The notes under the pieces: generated by a model
Told to the model about the DNA's origin: nothing
The model's database searches: none
Seen by the model: only the letters and a program-made list of their open reading frames with translations
Shown here: piece by piece, positions 20,076-28,683 of the stretch
Position numbering within the stretch: the stretch's first letter is position 1
Layout of the letters: the number at the start of each line of letters is the position of its first letter
Translations under genes and position numbers: made by a program
Source: Alphaproteobacteria bacterium
GTDB taxonomy: Bacteria > Pseudomonadota > Alphaproteobacteria > Micavibrionales > UBA2020
NCBI GenBank assembly: GCA_965279315.1
Contig: OZ257145.1
Location: 2,819,530-2,883,529 of the forward strand
Reading direction: 5' to 3'
Length of the DNA: 64,000 nucleotides

Positions 20076-21322
20076 TCCACGCGTTTAAGGCAGACGGTGC
20101 GGCCGGGTTTTTCCTTGGTGACGGTGACCTGCACCAGCGTGCGGCGGCCTTCGGCATCCGTATAATATTGGTCACCCGCCGTGACGGGCGCCTGCAGGCG
20201 TTCCTGAATGGCCTTCAGGTTATCATGCGGCGCGGTGGCGCGGATGGCGGCATCGAGCGCCAGCAGGTTTTTTGTCGCCACGATATCTTCCCAGCCCGCT
20301 GCCAGCCCCTGCCGCGCAAGGCGCACGACATTCGTCCAATAGGCGGTTTGCTGTTCCGGCTTTTTGAATGTCCTGGCTTTGGCGGTCAGCACGGCGATTT
20401 TTTCCGGGGCGAAGGTGCCGGGATTGATTGTCAGCACATTCAAGTCGTCGGGCTTGTCATCACCGCCCTCCAGCGCCATCAGCACATCGCCAAGGCCCGT
20501 GCCCGGCACTCCTGCCCGAATGGCGGCGTCCAGTTCCGGCACCAGCGGGTTCAACGGCGTCAGCGCGGCGCGCAGGATGCGCACGGCATTCTGCCAGAAT
20601 ACCAGCCTGGCCGCTTCATCCTTCAGGCCCGCAGACTGCGCGACCAGTTGGTCGAGCGATTTGCGGTTCAGTTCAACCTTGAAACCCGAAAGGATGCCGG
20701 ACGCGGTCGGCACATATAATTCCTGTGCGGGGCCCGACATGGCGAGCATGTAAAAATAAACATCCAGCATCTTGTCGAATGAATCCGCAAGATGCACGGA
20801 AGCGGGCGGCGTCGGGTTCGGGAATTCGCCCAGCTGCAGGTAACGCGCGCCGCCGAAACGCTCCATCGTCGCAATTTCGCGCGCATCGATGAAACGGCCA
20901 CGGCTGCCGGCCTCTACTTTGTCCGTCCCTGCCAGCAGGAATAAAATCTGGCGCGCTTCCTGCCGCATGCTGTCATCGGCGGTAAAAAAATCCGCGAAGG
21001 GATGGCTCTGGAACGCGACAACAGCCCTGATCAGCGCATCCGACCCCAGCGCCTTTTGCCGCGCAGCCTCGGCGCGCAAGGCAGGCATGGCTTTCAGCGA
21101 CGGCAGGTCGGGCAGCAACATCGCTTCGGATGCGATCAGCTCCGGCACCACGACGCTGGGCGGGGGCGGCAGTGCGATCGACTTCGGGTGCGGTGGCGGC
21201 AGTTCATCATAGCATTCGTCAAATCCCGCAGGACGCGCATAAAATGCATGATAAATATAGGCAGCCATGCCCAGAAGCAGCACAAGCGCACAGACGACAG
21301 CAATGACGGACGACTTTTTCAC
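20072..21322 (-). CDS. hypothetical N-terminally membrane-anchored protein (416 aa)
   Basis: N-terminal TM (VIAVVCALVLLLGMAAYIY), a Pro-rich linker and a large helical domain. No recognised family. Confidence 0.65.
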   Translation of the reverse strand: MKKSSVIAVVCALVLLLGMAAYIYHAFYARPAGFDECYDELPPPHPKSIALPPPPSVVVPELIASEAMLLPDLPSLKAMPALRAEAARQKALGSDALIRAVVAFQSHPFADFFTADDSMRQEARQILFLLAGTDKVEAGSRGRFIDAREIATMERFGGARYLQLGEFPNPTPPASVHLADSFDKMLDVYFYMLAMSGPAQELYVPTASGILSGFKVELNRKSLDQLVAQSAGLKDEAARLVFWQNAVRILRAALTPLNPLVPELDAAIRAGVPGTGLGDVLMALEGGDDKPDDLNVLTINPGTFAPEKIAVLTAKARTFKKPEQQTAYWTNVVRLARQGLAAGWEDIVATKNLLALDAAIRATAPHDNLKAIQERLQAPVTAGDQYYTDAEGRRTLVQVTVTKEKPGRTVCLKRVD

Positions 21323-21374
21323 GCCTCAAGTCTAGCCAATTTCGCCCGTCAAGTCACTATGCTGGCGTAAACCC

Positions 21375-22616
21375 TTATTTGGGGCCCGCCTGTACCGCAG
21401 GGGCGGCTTTTGGCTTGGCGTTGTCGTTGCCGCTGGTGGCTTGCAGGGGGATCGCCTCGATGCCCATCATGTCGCCGACGGTATTGCCGGAAAACGCGTC
21501 GGGATTAAATCGTTTGCCGCCGACATACTCTTCCATGAACAGCCATGCCCTGTCCTTCAGCCCCATGAAATCGAGTTTCGGCTTCACGGAAATCGTGCCT
21601 TCGAGTGCGGATGATTGCTTGATCCAGTCGGGATCGGCCTCCACCTCGTACTGACCCGCCGCCACAGAGCGGTCGAAGAAGTTATAAAGGTGGAAACGCA
21701 CGCTGTTCGCCGGAATGTCGGTCATGACCGTTTTCAATCCGCGGCCGCCATCCGGTGCCGGCACGCCGCGCGTGATGAGGTTCAATTCGTCGCTGGGCTC
21801 CCCGCCATCGGCGCGGGGTTCCAGCGGCAACTGGATGTAATCAAACGCCAGTTCGCGAAAACCAAGGCTTTCGTAATATTCGCGTCGCCAGAACTGGTCG
21901 GTCTTGGCACCTGCCGTATCGACCAGCATCGATTCCATCGACATCAGCAGCGGCGCGTTCTGTTCCGATATCTGCACCATGTCCATGCTGTCGGCGCTGC
22001 GGCCTTTATATGTAGATGCGAGGAATTGGCGTGCCTGGTTCTCGGCAATGCCCATCGTGAAATCGCCAAGCCCCATGGAGCGGAAGCGCGGATCGACGAA
22101 GCCGTAAATAAGGTGCTGCGTGCCATCGACTTCCTTCGACACTTTTTTGTCCTTCGCGGCACTGAATGTGATGACGTTGCGGGCGGCAATCACTTCGCCT
22201 GTGCTTGGATGCTGTAAGATGATCCATTGTTCACGGAACGGCGCGCCTGATGCCTGCAAATTTTTGTCGTGGTTCTTTTCCATGAGGGACAAAAGCTTGC
22301 CCAGCTCCTCGCGTTCTTCCGCGATGGGAAAGATTTTTTCGTAGAGGGAATACATCCGGGTCATAAGGCGGGTTGAATCGCCGATGGCGGGATTATCGAT
22401 GATGGTGACATTCAGGCTGTTCTGGAAGGTTTGCTTGGCGTGTTCGAGGTCGCCTTTATTACGCGGGTCGCCACCCATATCCACGGCAAGGAGTGCTAAA
22501 ACTTCTTTGGAGCCGATAAGTTGTTCCTTCATTTCCGCCATGGCGTCTTTGGCGGTCGTCAGCAATTCTTTCGCATGATGGCGTGACTCATCCGTAGTCG
22601 GTTTTTCTGCGCTCAT
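21375..22616 (-). CDS. hypothetical protein, possible GNAT-like acyltransferase core
   Basis: Start chosen at MSAEKPTT. The upstream part of the 528 aa ORF is Arg-rich and overlaps AT-rich intergenic DNA. YGFVDPRFRSMGLGD resembles the GNAT motif A. Ends in a Lys/Pro/Ala tail. Confidence 0.55.
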   Translation of the reverse strand: MSAEKPTTDESRHHAKELLTTAKDAMAEMKEQLIGSKEVLALLAVDMGGDPRNKGDLEHAKQTFQNSLNVTIIDNPAIGDSTRLMTRMYSLYEKIFPIAEEREELGKLLSLMEKNHDKNLQASGAPFREQWIILQHPSTGEVIAARNVITFSAAKDKKVSKEVDGTQHLIYGFVDPRFRSMGLGDFTMGIAENQARQFLASTYKGRSADSMDMVQISEQNAPLLMSMESMLVDTAGAKTDQFWRREYYESLGFRELAFDYIQLPLEPRADGGEPSDELNLITRGVPAPDGGRGLKTVMTDIPANSVRFHLYNFFDRSVAAGQYEVEADPDWIKQSSALEGTISVKPKLDFMGLKDRAWLFMEEYVGGKRFNPDAFSGNTVGDMMGIEAIPLQATSGNDNAKPKAAPAVQAGPK

Positions 22617-22821
22617 TGCCTGTGCCTTCTTTGAAATAGATTTGCACGCGGGTCTTCCCGGTCCTGCCGTTATTGTGCAGGCCGAGGGCGCGTGTGGAAT
22701 TATTTGCGTCAGTGTTTTGCATAATCTAATGGTATTTAAATACCACTCATCTGGCAAGCGATACCGGATAAGCAACTGTAATATCAGACATAAGTAATGC
22801 TGGAATTGAGCAGAATCGGGA

Positions 22822-23235
22822 TTATTTCTTCTTGCCCTTCGACCCACCGCCCTTTTGGGCAGCGGCGAGCGCGCGCATCGTGTCGATGTGCTTTTGGGAC
22901 GTTGTACCGGGGCGGCTGACAGCCCCATCGGGCTGGCCGAAAGCGACGCTGTCCGCGCCACCCTTCAATGCGCCCAGCATGACACCGCCGAATTCGCTTG
23001 TTTGCTTGGGCGCGATTTTCTTTGCGCCGGCAGGTGCTTTCTTCGCGCCTTCGGGAGCTGCGACATGGTTGATCGCATGGGTGATGATGCTTTGCAGGTG
23101 CGGCGTGACAAGGCCGAACAGCAGGCTCTGGTCCTTTTCCATCCATTGCAGCAGCAAGCGCTGCGCTTTCAGGTGGTTGCCATTCGATTTTTCCAGCGCA
23201 TCTTTGACGCGCGACATCGCATATTCACGGCTCAT
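22822..23235 (-). CDS. hypothetical protein (137 aa) with a basic Gly/Lys C-terminal tail
   Basis: ORF immediately downstream of mfd on the same strand. Coding-like GC3. No recognised domain. Confidence 0.5.
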   Translation of the reverse strand: MSREYAMSRVKDALEKSNGNHLKAQRLLLQWMEKDQSLLFGLVTPHLQSIITHAINHVAAPEGAKKAPAGAKKIAPKQTSEFGGVMLGALKGGADSVAFGQPDGAVSRPGTTSQKHIDTMRALAAAQKGGGSKGKKK

Positions 23236-23284
23236 GGAGGCCTCCCCTGTTGTGCATCCAGCATGGCATATCCCCTTATAAAAC

Positions 23285-26200
23285 TCAAACGAGGGCAGCC
23301 AGTTCCTTCATGATCTTATGGACACCACGCACCCGCACCGGCAGGTCGTCCCAGGGGCGCATAAAGACCAGTTTCTGGTCTTCGGGGCGGATTTTGGCGG
23401 TGCCGGTCTGTTTCTGGATATATTGCACCAGCTTTGGCAGGTTGATTTTGGCCGTGCGGTGGAAGGACAGCACCGCGCCCTTCGGCCCTGAATCCACCCG
23501 CTCTACCCCCGCCATGCGGCAGAGCTGCTTGATTTCGACAAGGTCGAGCAGGTTTTCGACATCCTTCGGAAGCGGGCCAAAACGGTCGATCAGTTCGGCT
23601 GCGAAAGCTTCAATCTCCGCGCGGTCGGCCAGCGCGGCGATGCGGCGATAGATCGACAGGCGCAGGTTGAGGTCGGGGATATACCCCTCCGGAATGACGA
23701 CCGCCATGCCGAGGTTGATGGTCGGCGCCCAATGGTCGCTCGACTGGATTTCGGTGAGGCCTTCGCGCGCGGCGGCGACCGCCTCCTCCAGCATTTGTTG
23801 ATAAAGCTCCACGCCGATTTCACGGATATGGCCGGACTGTTCCTCGCCCAGCAAGTTGCCTGCGCCGCGGATATCTAGGTCATGCGAGGCAAGCTGGAAG
23901 CCCGCGCCCAGCTGGTCAAGCTGCTCGATCGCGTGCAGGCGCTGCTCTGCCGTTTTGGTCAGTTTTTTGTCCTGCGCGAAAGTGAGGTAGGCATAGGCGC
24001 GCTGCTTTGCGCGGCCGATGCGCCCGCGCAATTGATAGAGCTGCGCAAGACCAAACATTTCGGCGCGGTGGATAATCATGGTATTCGCGTTCGGGATGTC
24101 GAGGCCGGATTCGACGATGGTGGTGGAAAGGAGGATGTCATACGCGCCCTCATAGAACGCGGTCATCTTGTCTTCCAGTTCCTCCGGCGTCATCTGGCCA
24201 TGGGCGACAACGACCTTCAATTCAGGCACAAGAGTCTTGAGGCGATCCTCGATCTCTTCAAGGTCGGAAATGCGCGGGCAGACATAGAAGCTCTGGCCGC
24301 CGCGATAATGTTCGCGCATCAGCGCATCGCGCAGCACGACGGGGTCATAGGGCAGCACGAATGTTTTTACCGCCAGCCGGTCGATGGGCGCGGTGGTGAT
24401 GAGGCTCAATTCCCGCACGCCCGACAGCGCCATTTGCAGCGTGCGCGGGATGGGCGTGGCGGTGAGCGTCAGGACGTGCAGGTTATCTTTCAGCGCCTTG
24501 ATCTTTTCCTTCTGCTTCACGCCGAACTTCTGTTCCTCGTCCACCACCAGCAGCGCAAGATTGGAGAACTTGATTTTTTCGGACAGCAGCGCGTGCGTGC
24601 CGACGAGGATATTGATATCCCCTTTCTCCACGCCGATGCGCACCTGCTCCGCCTCGCGCCCTGTCACGAAGCGCGACAGCAGCCCGACGCGGACGGGGAA
24701 ACCGTGAAAGCGGCGCGAAAAACCCTGATAATGCTGCCGCGCCAGCAGCGTGGTGGGCGCAATCACGGCGACCTGATATCCCGCCAGCGCGGTGACGGCG
24801 GCGGCGCGCATGGCGACTTCCGTCTTGCCGAAACCCACATCGCCGCAGACAAGGCGGTCCATCGCCATGTCCTTGTCGAGGTCTTCCAGTACATCCAGAA
24901 TGGCGCGTTGCTGGTCTTCGGTTTCGGGATAAGGGAAACCGGCGGAAAATTTTTCGTATGAACCGTCATGCACATGGATCGGCTCGGTCTTGCGCAGGAT
25001 GCGCAGCGCCGCAACCTTCAGCAATTCATTGGCGAGGATCAGCAGGTCGCGTTTGACGCGCGCTTTCCGCGCCTGCCATGCCGAACCGCCGAGGCGATCC
25101 AGCACCGCCCCCGCTTCGGCAGAGCCATAGCGCGACAGCACGTCGAGGTTTTCAACCGGCACGAACAGCTTGTCGCCGCCGGCATAGATCAGCTTCAGGC
25201 AGTCATGCGGGATGCCATCAACGATGACGGTTTCTAGGCTGTCATATTTACCGATACCGTGATCTTCGTGGACGACGTAATCGCCGTCATGCAGCTGGCT
25301 GATTTCAAAAACGAAGACGTCGCTTTTCTTTCTCTTCTTCGCCGCGCGGCTCAGCCGGTCGCCCAGCATATCCTGTTCGGTAAGGACCAGCAGGTTTTCG
25401 GTTTCAAAGCCGCGTTCCAGCCCCAGCACCGTAATGCCGACGGTTTTCGCATCAATCTTGTCGGGGCTTTCGACAGTTTCAATTTTTAGACCCTGCTCGC
25501 CAAAAATCGCCTGCAGGCGGTCAGCAGAGCCATTGCTGTACGCCGCCAGCAAAACTTTCTTGCCGCTAGCCGACAGTTTTTCGATATGTTCGCGGATGAC
25601 CCCGTAAATATCGGCATTCGGCAGCGCGCGGATATCGCCGAAATCGCGGCTCTTGCGCGCGCCGCCGTCTTTCTGCCCCGGCGCGGGGTTGAACGGCGAC
25701 AGGTCATAGACATCATGTTCGCGCAGCCGCACTTCCCATTCCGCATGGGGCAGGTACAGGCTATCCATCGGTACGGGACGATAGGCGGCGGACTGGTTAT
25801 CGTTTTTCTTGCGGTTGGCGGCTTCCGATTCCTGCATCGTGCGGCGCGCCTGATACAGGTCATCGACCGCCTTCATGCGTTCGATATGCGCGTGTTCCAC
25901 CTGATAATCCAGCGTCACCGTCGCGTCGGGCACATAATCGAACAGCGTATCCAGCTTCCCGTAGTACAGCGGCAGCCAGTGTTCCATGCCCGCATATTTG
26001 CGGCCTTCGCTTATCGCTTCATACAACGGGTCATCATCGCGCACGGTGCCGAAGGTTTCGCGGTAACCGGCGCGGAAACGGGCAATGTTTTCTTCAGTCA
26101 GCAATGCTTCCGACACGGGATAGAGCGTAAGTGCGTCCCGTTCCTCCGTCGTGCGTTGGCTGAGCGCATCGAAGGCGCGGATGTTTTCGATTTCATCGCC

Positions 26201-26761
26201 GAAGGTGTCGATGCGCAAGGGGTCGGGAGAGCCGGAGGGAAAAATATCGATCAGGCTGCCGCGGATGGCGTATTCACCGGCTTCTCGCACCGTTTCGGTC
26301 CGGTGATAGCCGTTGGCGGTCATAAATGCCTGCATCTGCGCCATGTCGAGGTCTTCGCCCTTGCGCGCGCTGAAGACGGAATTTTTCAGGACATCGCGCG
26401 GCGGCACGCGCTGGCCGACAGACGATACGGTCGTCAGAATAACAAGCGGTTTGCCAGGGTTGCGATGCAGCAGACGCGACAGGGTGCGCAGGCGCTCCCC
26501 CACCACATCGGATGTCGGCGAAATGCGGTCATAGGGCAGGCAATCCCATGCGGGGAAGCGCAGGACTTCGACTCCCGCGCCAAAAAACCGCAGGCCTTCG
26601 GAAATTTCCTCGAATCGCAGGTCATCGGAGCAGACATGGAGCACCGGCACCCGGCTCTCGCGTGCGAGCCTGGCCAGAAAAACGGAATCGTACCCCTCCG
26701 GTACGCCAAAAAGGGGGTACCGTTGCGGTTTTTCCTTCAGCTTGGGACTGCTGGTGGTCAT
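23285..26761 (-). CDS. mfd: transcription-repair coupling factor
   Basis: 1158 aa. UvrB-homology N-terminus, CarD-like RID, superfamily-2 helicase motifs (GDVGFGKTEV, DEEQKFG, TATPIPRT) and a TRG motif. Confidence 0.95.
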   Translation of the reverse strand: MTTSSPKLKEKPQRYPLFGVPEGYDSVFLARLARESRVPVLHVCSDDLRFEEISEGLRFFGAGVEVLRFPAWDCLPYDRISPTSDVVGERLRTLSRLLHRNPGKPLVILTTVSSVGQRVPPRDVLKNSVFSARKGEDLDMAQMQAFMTANGYHRTETVREAGEYAIRGSLIDIFPSGSPDPLRIDTFGDEIENIRAFDALSQRTTEERDALTLYPVSEALLTEENIARFRAGYRETFGTVRDDDPLYEAISEGRKYAGMEHWLPLYYGKLDTLFDYVPDATVTLDYQVEHAHIERMKAVDDLYQARRTMQESEAANRKKNDNQSAAYRPVPMDSLYLPHAEWEVRLREHDVYDLSPFNPAPGQKDGGARKSRDFGDIRALPNADIYGVIREHIEKLSASGKKVLLAAYSNGSADRLQAIFGEQGLKIETVESPDKIDAKTVGITVLGLERGFETENLLVLTEQDMLGDRLSRAAKKRKKSDVFVFEISQLHDGDYVVHEDHGIGKYDSLETVIVDGIPHDCLKLIYAGGDKLFVPVENLDVLSRYGSAEAGAVLDRLGGSAWQARKARVKRDLLILANELLKVAALRILRKTEPIHVHDGSYEKFSAGFPYPETEDQQRAILDVLEDLDKDMAMDRLVCGDVGFGKTEVAMRAAAVTALAGYQVAVIAPTTLLARQHYQGFSRRFHGFPVRVGLLSRFVTGREAEQVRIGVEKGDINILVGTHALLSEKIKFSNLALLVVDEEQKFGVKQKEKIKALKDNLHVLTLTATPIPRTLQMALSGVRELSLITTAPIDRLAVKTFVLPYDPVVLRDALMREHYRGGQSFYVCPRISDLEEIEDRLKTLVPELKVVVAHGQMTPEELEDKMTAFYEGAYDILLSTTIVESGLDIPNANTMIIHRAEMFGLAQLYQLRGRIGRAKQRAYAYLTFAQDKKLTKTAEQRLHAIEQLDQLGAGFQLASHDLDIRGAGNLLGEEQSGHIREIGVELYQQMLEEAVAAAREGLTEIQSSDHWAPTINLGMAVVIPEGYIPDLNLRLSIYRRIAALADRAEIEAFAAELIDRFGPLPKDVENLLDLVEIKQLCRMAGVERVDSGPKGAVLSFHRTAKINLPKLVQYIQKQTGTAKIRPEDQKLVFMRPWDDLPVRVRGVHKIMKELAALV

Positions 26762-26811
26762 ATCAATCCCTGTAGGGTTTTATCCCCGCCTTTGGCGGGA
26801 CGCAATTCGTA

Positions 26812-27090
26812 TCATTTATCCGCGTAAAACGCCAATAAAAGCCGCACAACCGCGTTATCCTCGGATGGCGGAACCGGCTCCTGCGCGGTTATCCAATTAT
26901 ATATGTCGGGGTCGCTGTTATTCAAAAAACGGTCATAGGCGGCCAGTTGCTCCTCGCCAAAACCGGCCATATGGGCATCGGCGAAGCGGCCGAGCAGCAA
27001 ATCGACCTCCCGCGTGCCGCGATGCCAGCTGCGAAAGCCCAACTGCTTGCGTTTTATGGATATATTGTCCTCGACCGGAACTTCGTGCAT
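26812..27090 (-). CDS. sdhE: succinate dehydrogenase assembly factor 2 (SdhE/DUF339)
   Basis: RGTREVDLLLGRF...D.DIY.WI signature. ATG at 27090 preferred over the TTG at 27111. Confidence 0.8.
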   Translation of the reverse strand: MHEVPVEDNISIKRKQLGFRSWHRGTREVDLLLGRFADAHMAGFGEEQLAAYDRFLNNSDPDIYNWITAQEPVPPSEDNAVVRLLLAFYADK

Positions 27091-27119
27091 ATTCAACCTG
27101 TTCAATTTCAAGGATCACA

Positions 27120-27740
27120 ATGATGTCCGACAAAAATTTCTTCAAGGATAATTTCGTTCTTATTATCGGCCTTGCCCTGCCCGTGCTGCTGATGGTGGGC
27201 TTCATGGTCGTGGCAAGCATGCCGCAAAAGATGGGCGACCCGCCCAAATATGACCTGATTTTCTGGACATCGGATTACTATTACAATGCGAATAACAACG
27301 GACGCCCCGTGAACGTGTCACTGGTCGTCAAGGACGGCGTGCTGAAAGCGCAGTACAACAAGGTGCCCGATCCCAAATACCCGAACACCCAATGGCTCAA
27401 GCTGTACCAGTTTGACGCAAAGACGCAGACCGTACGCCAACTTGAATTCGGCGATCCCTACGATATGGACAAGATCGACCCGTCGCGCGAAGACACCGTC
27501 GAGGCGACCAAGGGCATGAAGCTGGATACCACGCTGAAATCGCCCGACGGCTTTGAGCTCACGGCGGAAAACTATCGTCGCTACGGTTTGGTGAATGAAA
27601 TTTTCGGCAGCTGGCGCAATGATTACAACATGAAGCTGCGCAGCGGCATGACCGCCGTGCCGCTGAAAACGGGAAATCCCAACGATACATTTTACAACGG
27701 CTCGACCAATTTTCTCGGCTGGGTGACGGGGACCAATTAA
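27120..27740 (+). CDS. hypothetical single-pass membrane protein
   Basis: Start at MMSDKNFF. The upstream part of ORF 26742..27740 is antisense to sdhE and Arg-rich. One TM helix, then a soluble domain. Confidence 0.6.
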   Translation: MMSDKNFFKDNFVLIIGLALPVLLMVGFMVVASMPQKMGDPPKYDLIFWTSDYYYNANNNGRPVNVSLVVKDGVLKAQYNKVPDPKYPNTQWLKLYQFDAKTQTVRQLEFGDPYDMDKIDPSREDTVEATKGMKLDTTLKSPDGFELTAENYRRYGLVNEIFGSWRNDYNMKLRSGMTAVPLKTGNPNDTFYNGSTNFLGWVTGTN

Positions 27741-27741
27741 C

Positions 27742-28680
27742 ATGACCGCAAAACAGGACGCCCTTGTCGAAGTCGTCGACATCATCAAGCGCCACGGATT
27801 GACGCTGGAGGAAGTGTACGCAGCGCTGCAGGACACCGCCGAATTCAAGGCGCAGAAATCCAGCAGCCTGCTGATGCGCATCTTCGGTTATCTGGGCGGG
27901 CTGTTCGTCATTTCCGGGCTTGCCACGTTTATCGGCATGGCCTGGAACGACCTTGGCCCTGCAGGGCAGATCATGTGCACGCTTGGCATCGGGTTCTGCC
28001 TGTTCATCTCGGCGCTGACCTGCGCCATGAATGACAAGCTGGAGATGGCGGCGACGCCCCTGTTCCTGCTGTCTGCGGTTTTGCAGCCCATGGGCATCGC
28101 GGTCGTGATGGATATATTTTCGAACGGCGGCAACCCCGCGCATGGCGTGCTTTTCCTGACGGGCGTCATGATGGTCCAGCAGGGCTGCGCATTTATTGCC
28201 AAAGACCGCACGGTGCTGGCCTTCACGACGCTGGTGTTTTCAGGCCTGTTCCTGTTCACTGCGCTCGACATGCTGGAAATTCCGGCCGACCTGATCGGGC
28301 TGGTGATGGGCATATCCCTCACCTGCATCGGCTGGAGCCTTGATAAATCCAGGCACAAGCCGCTGGCATGGCTTTGCTACCTGATCGGCACCTGTCTGGT
28401 CCTGACCGTGGCGGCAGATGTCCTGCGCAACACGCCGTTTGAAATCCTGTTCCTCGGCCTGTCCTGCGGCGTGATCTTCCTGTCCACAGTGGCGCGTAGC
28501 AGGACTTTGCTTGTGGTCGGTACGATCGCGCTGCTCAGCTATGTCGGGTATTTCATGGACAAATACTTTGGCGGGCTGCTGGCGGGACCGATCGGGCTGA
28601 TACTGGTCGGCGTGTTGCTGATCGGCGCGGGCGTTGCCGCGGTCAAAGTGAACAACAAATATATCAAGCAAAAAGGATAA
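27742..28680 (+). CDS. hypothetical polytopic membrane protein (about 8 TM) with a short cytoplasmic N-terminal helix
   Basis: 312 aa of repeated hydrophobic helices. The start is 2 nt after the preceding gene, and the stop is 3 nt before recG. Confidence 0.65.
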   Translation: MTAKQDALVEVVDIIKRHGLTLEEVYAALQDTAEFKAQKSSSLLMRIFGYLGGLFVISGLATFIGMAWNDLGPAGQIMCTLGIGFCLFISALTCAMNDKLEMAATPLFLLSAVLQPMGIAVVMDIFSNGGNPAHGVLFLTGVMMVQQGCAFIAKDRTVLAFTTLVFSGLFLFTALDMLEIPADLIGLVMGISLTCIGWSLDKSRHKPLAWLCYLIGTCLVLTVAADVLRNTPFEILFLGLSCGVIFLSTVARSRTLLVVGTIALLSYVGYFMDKYFGGLLAGPIGLILVGVLLIGAGVAAVKVNNKYIKQKG

Positions 28681-28683
28681 GGC

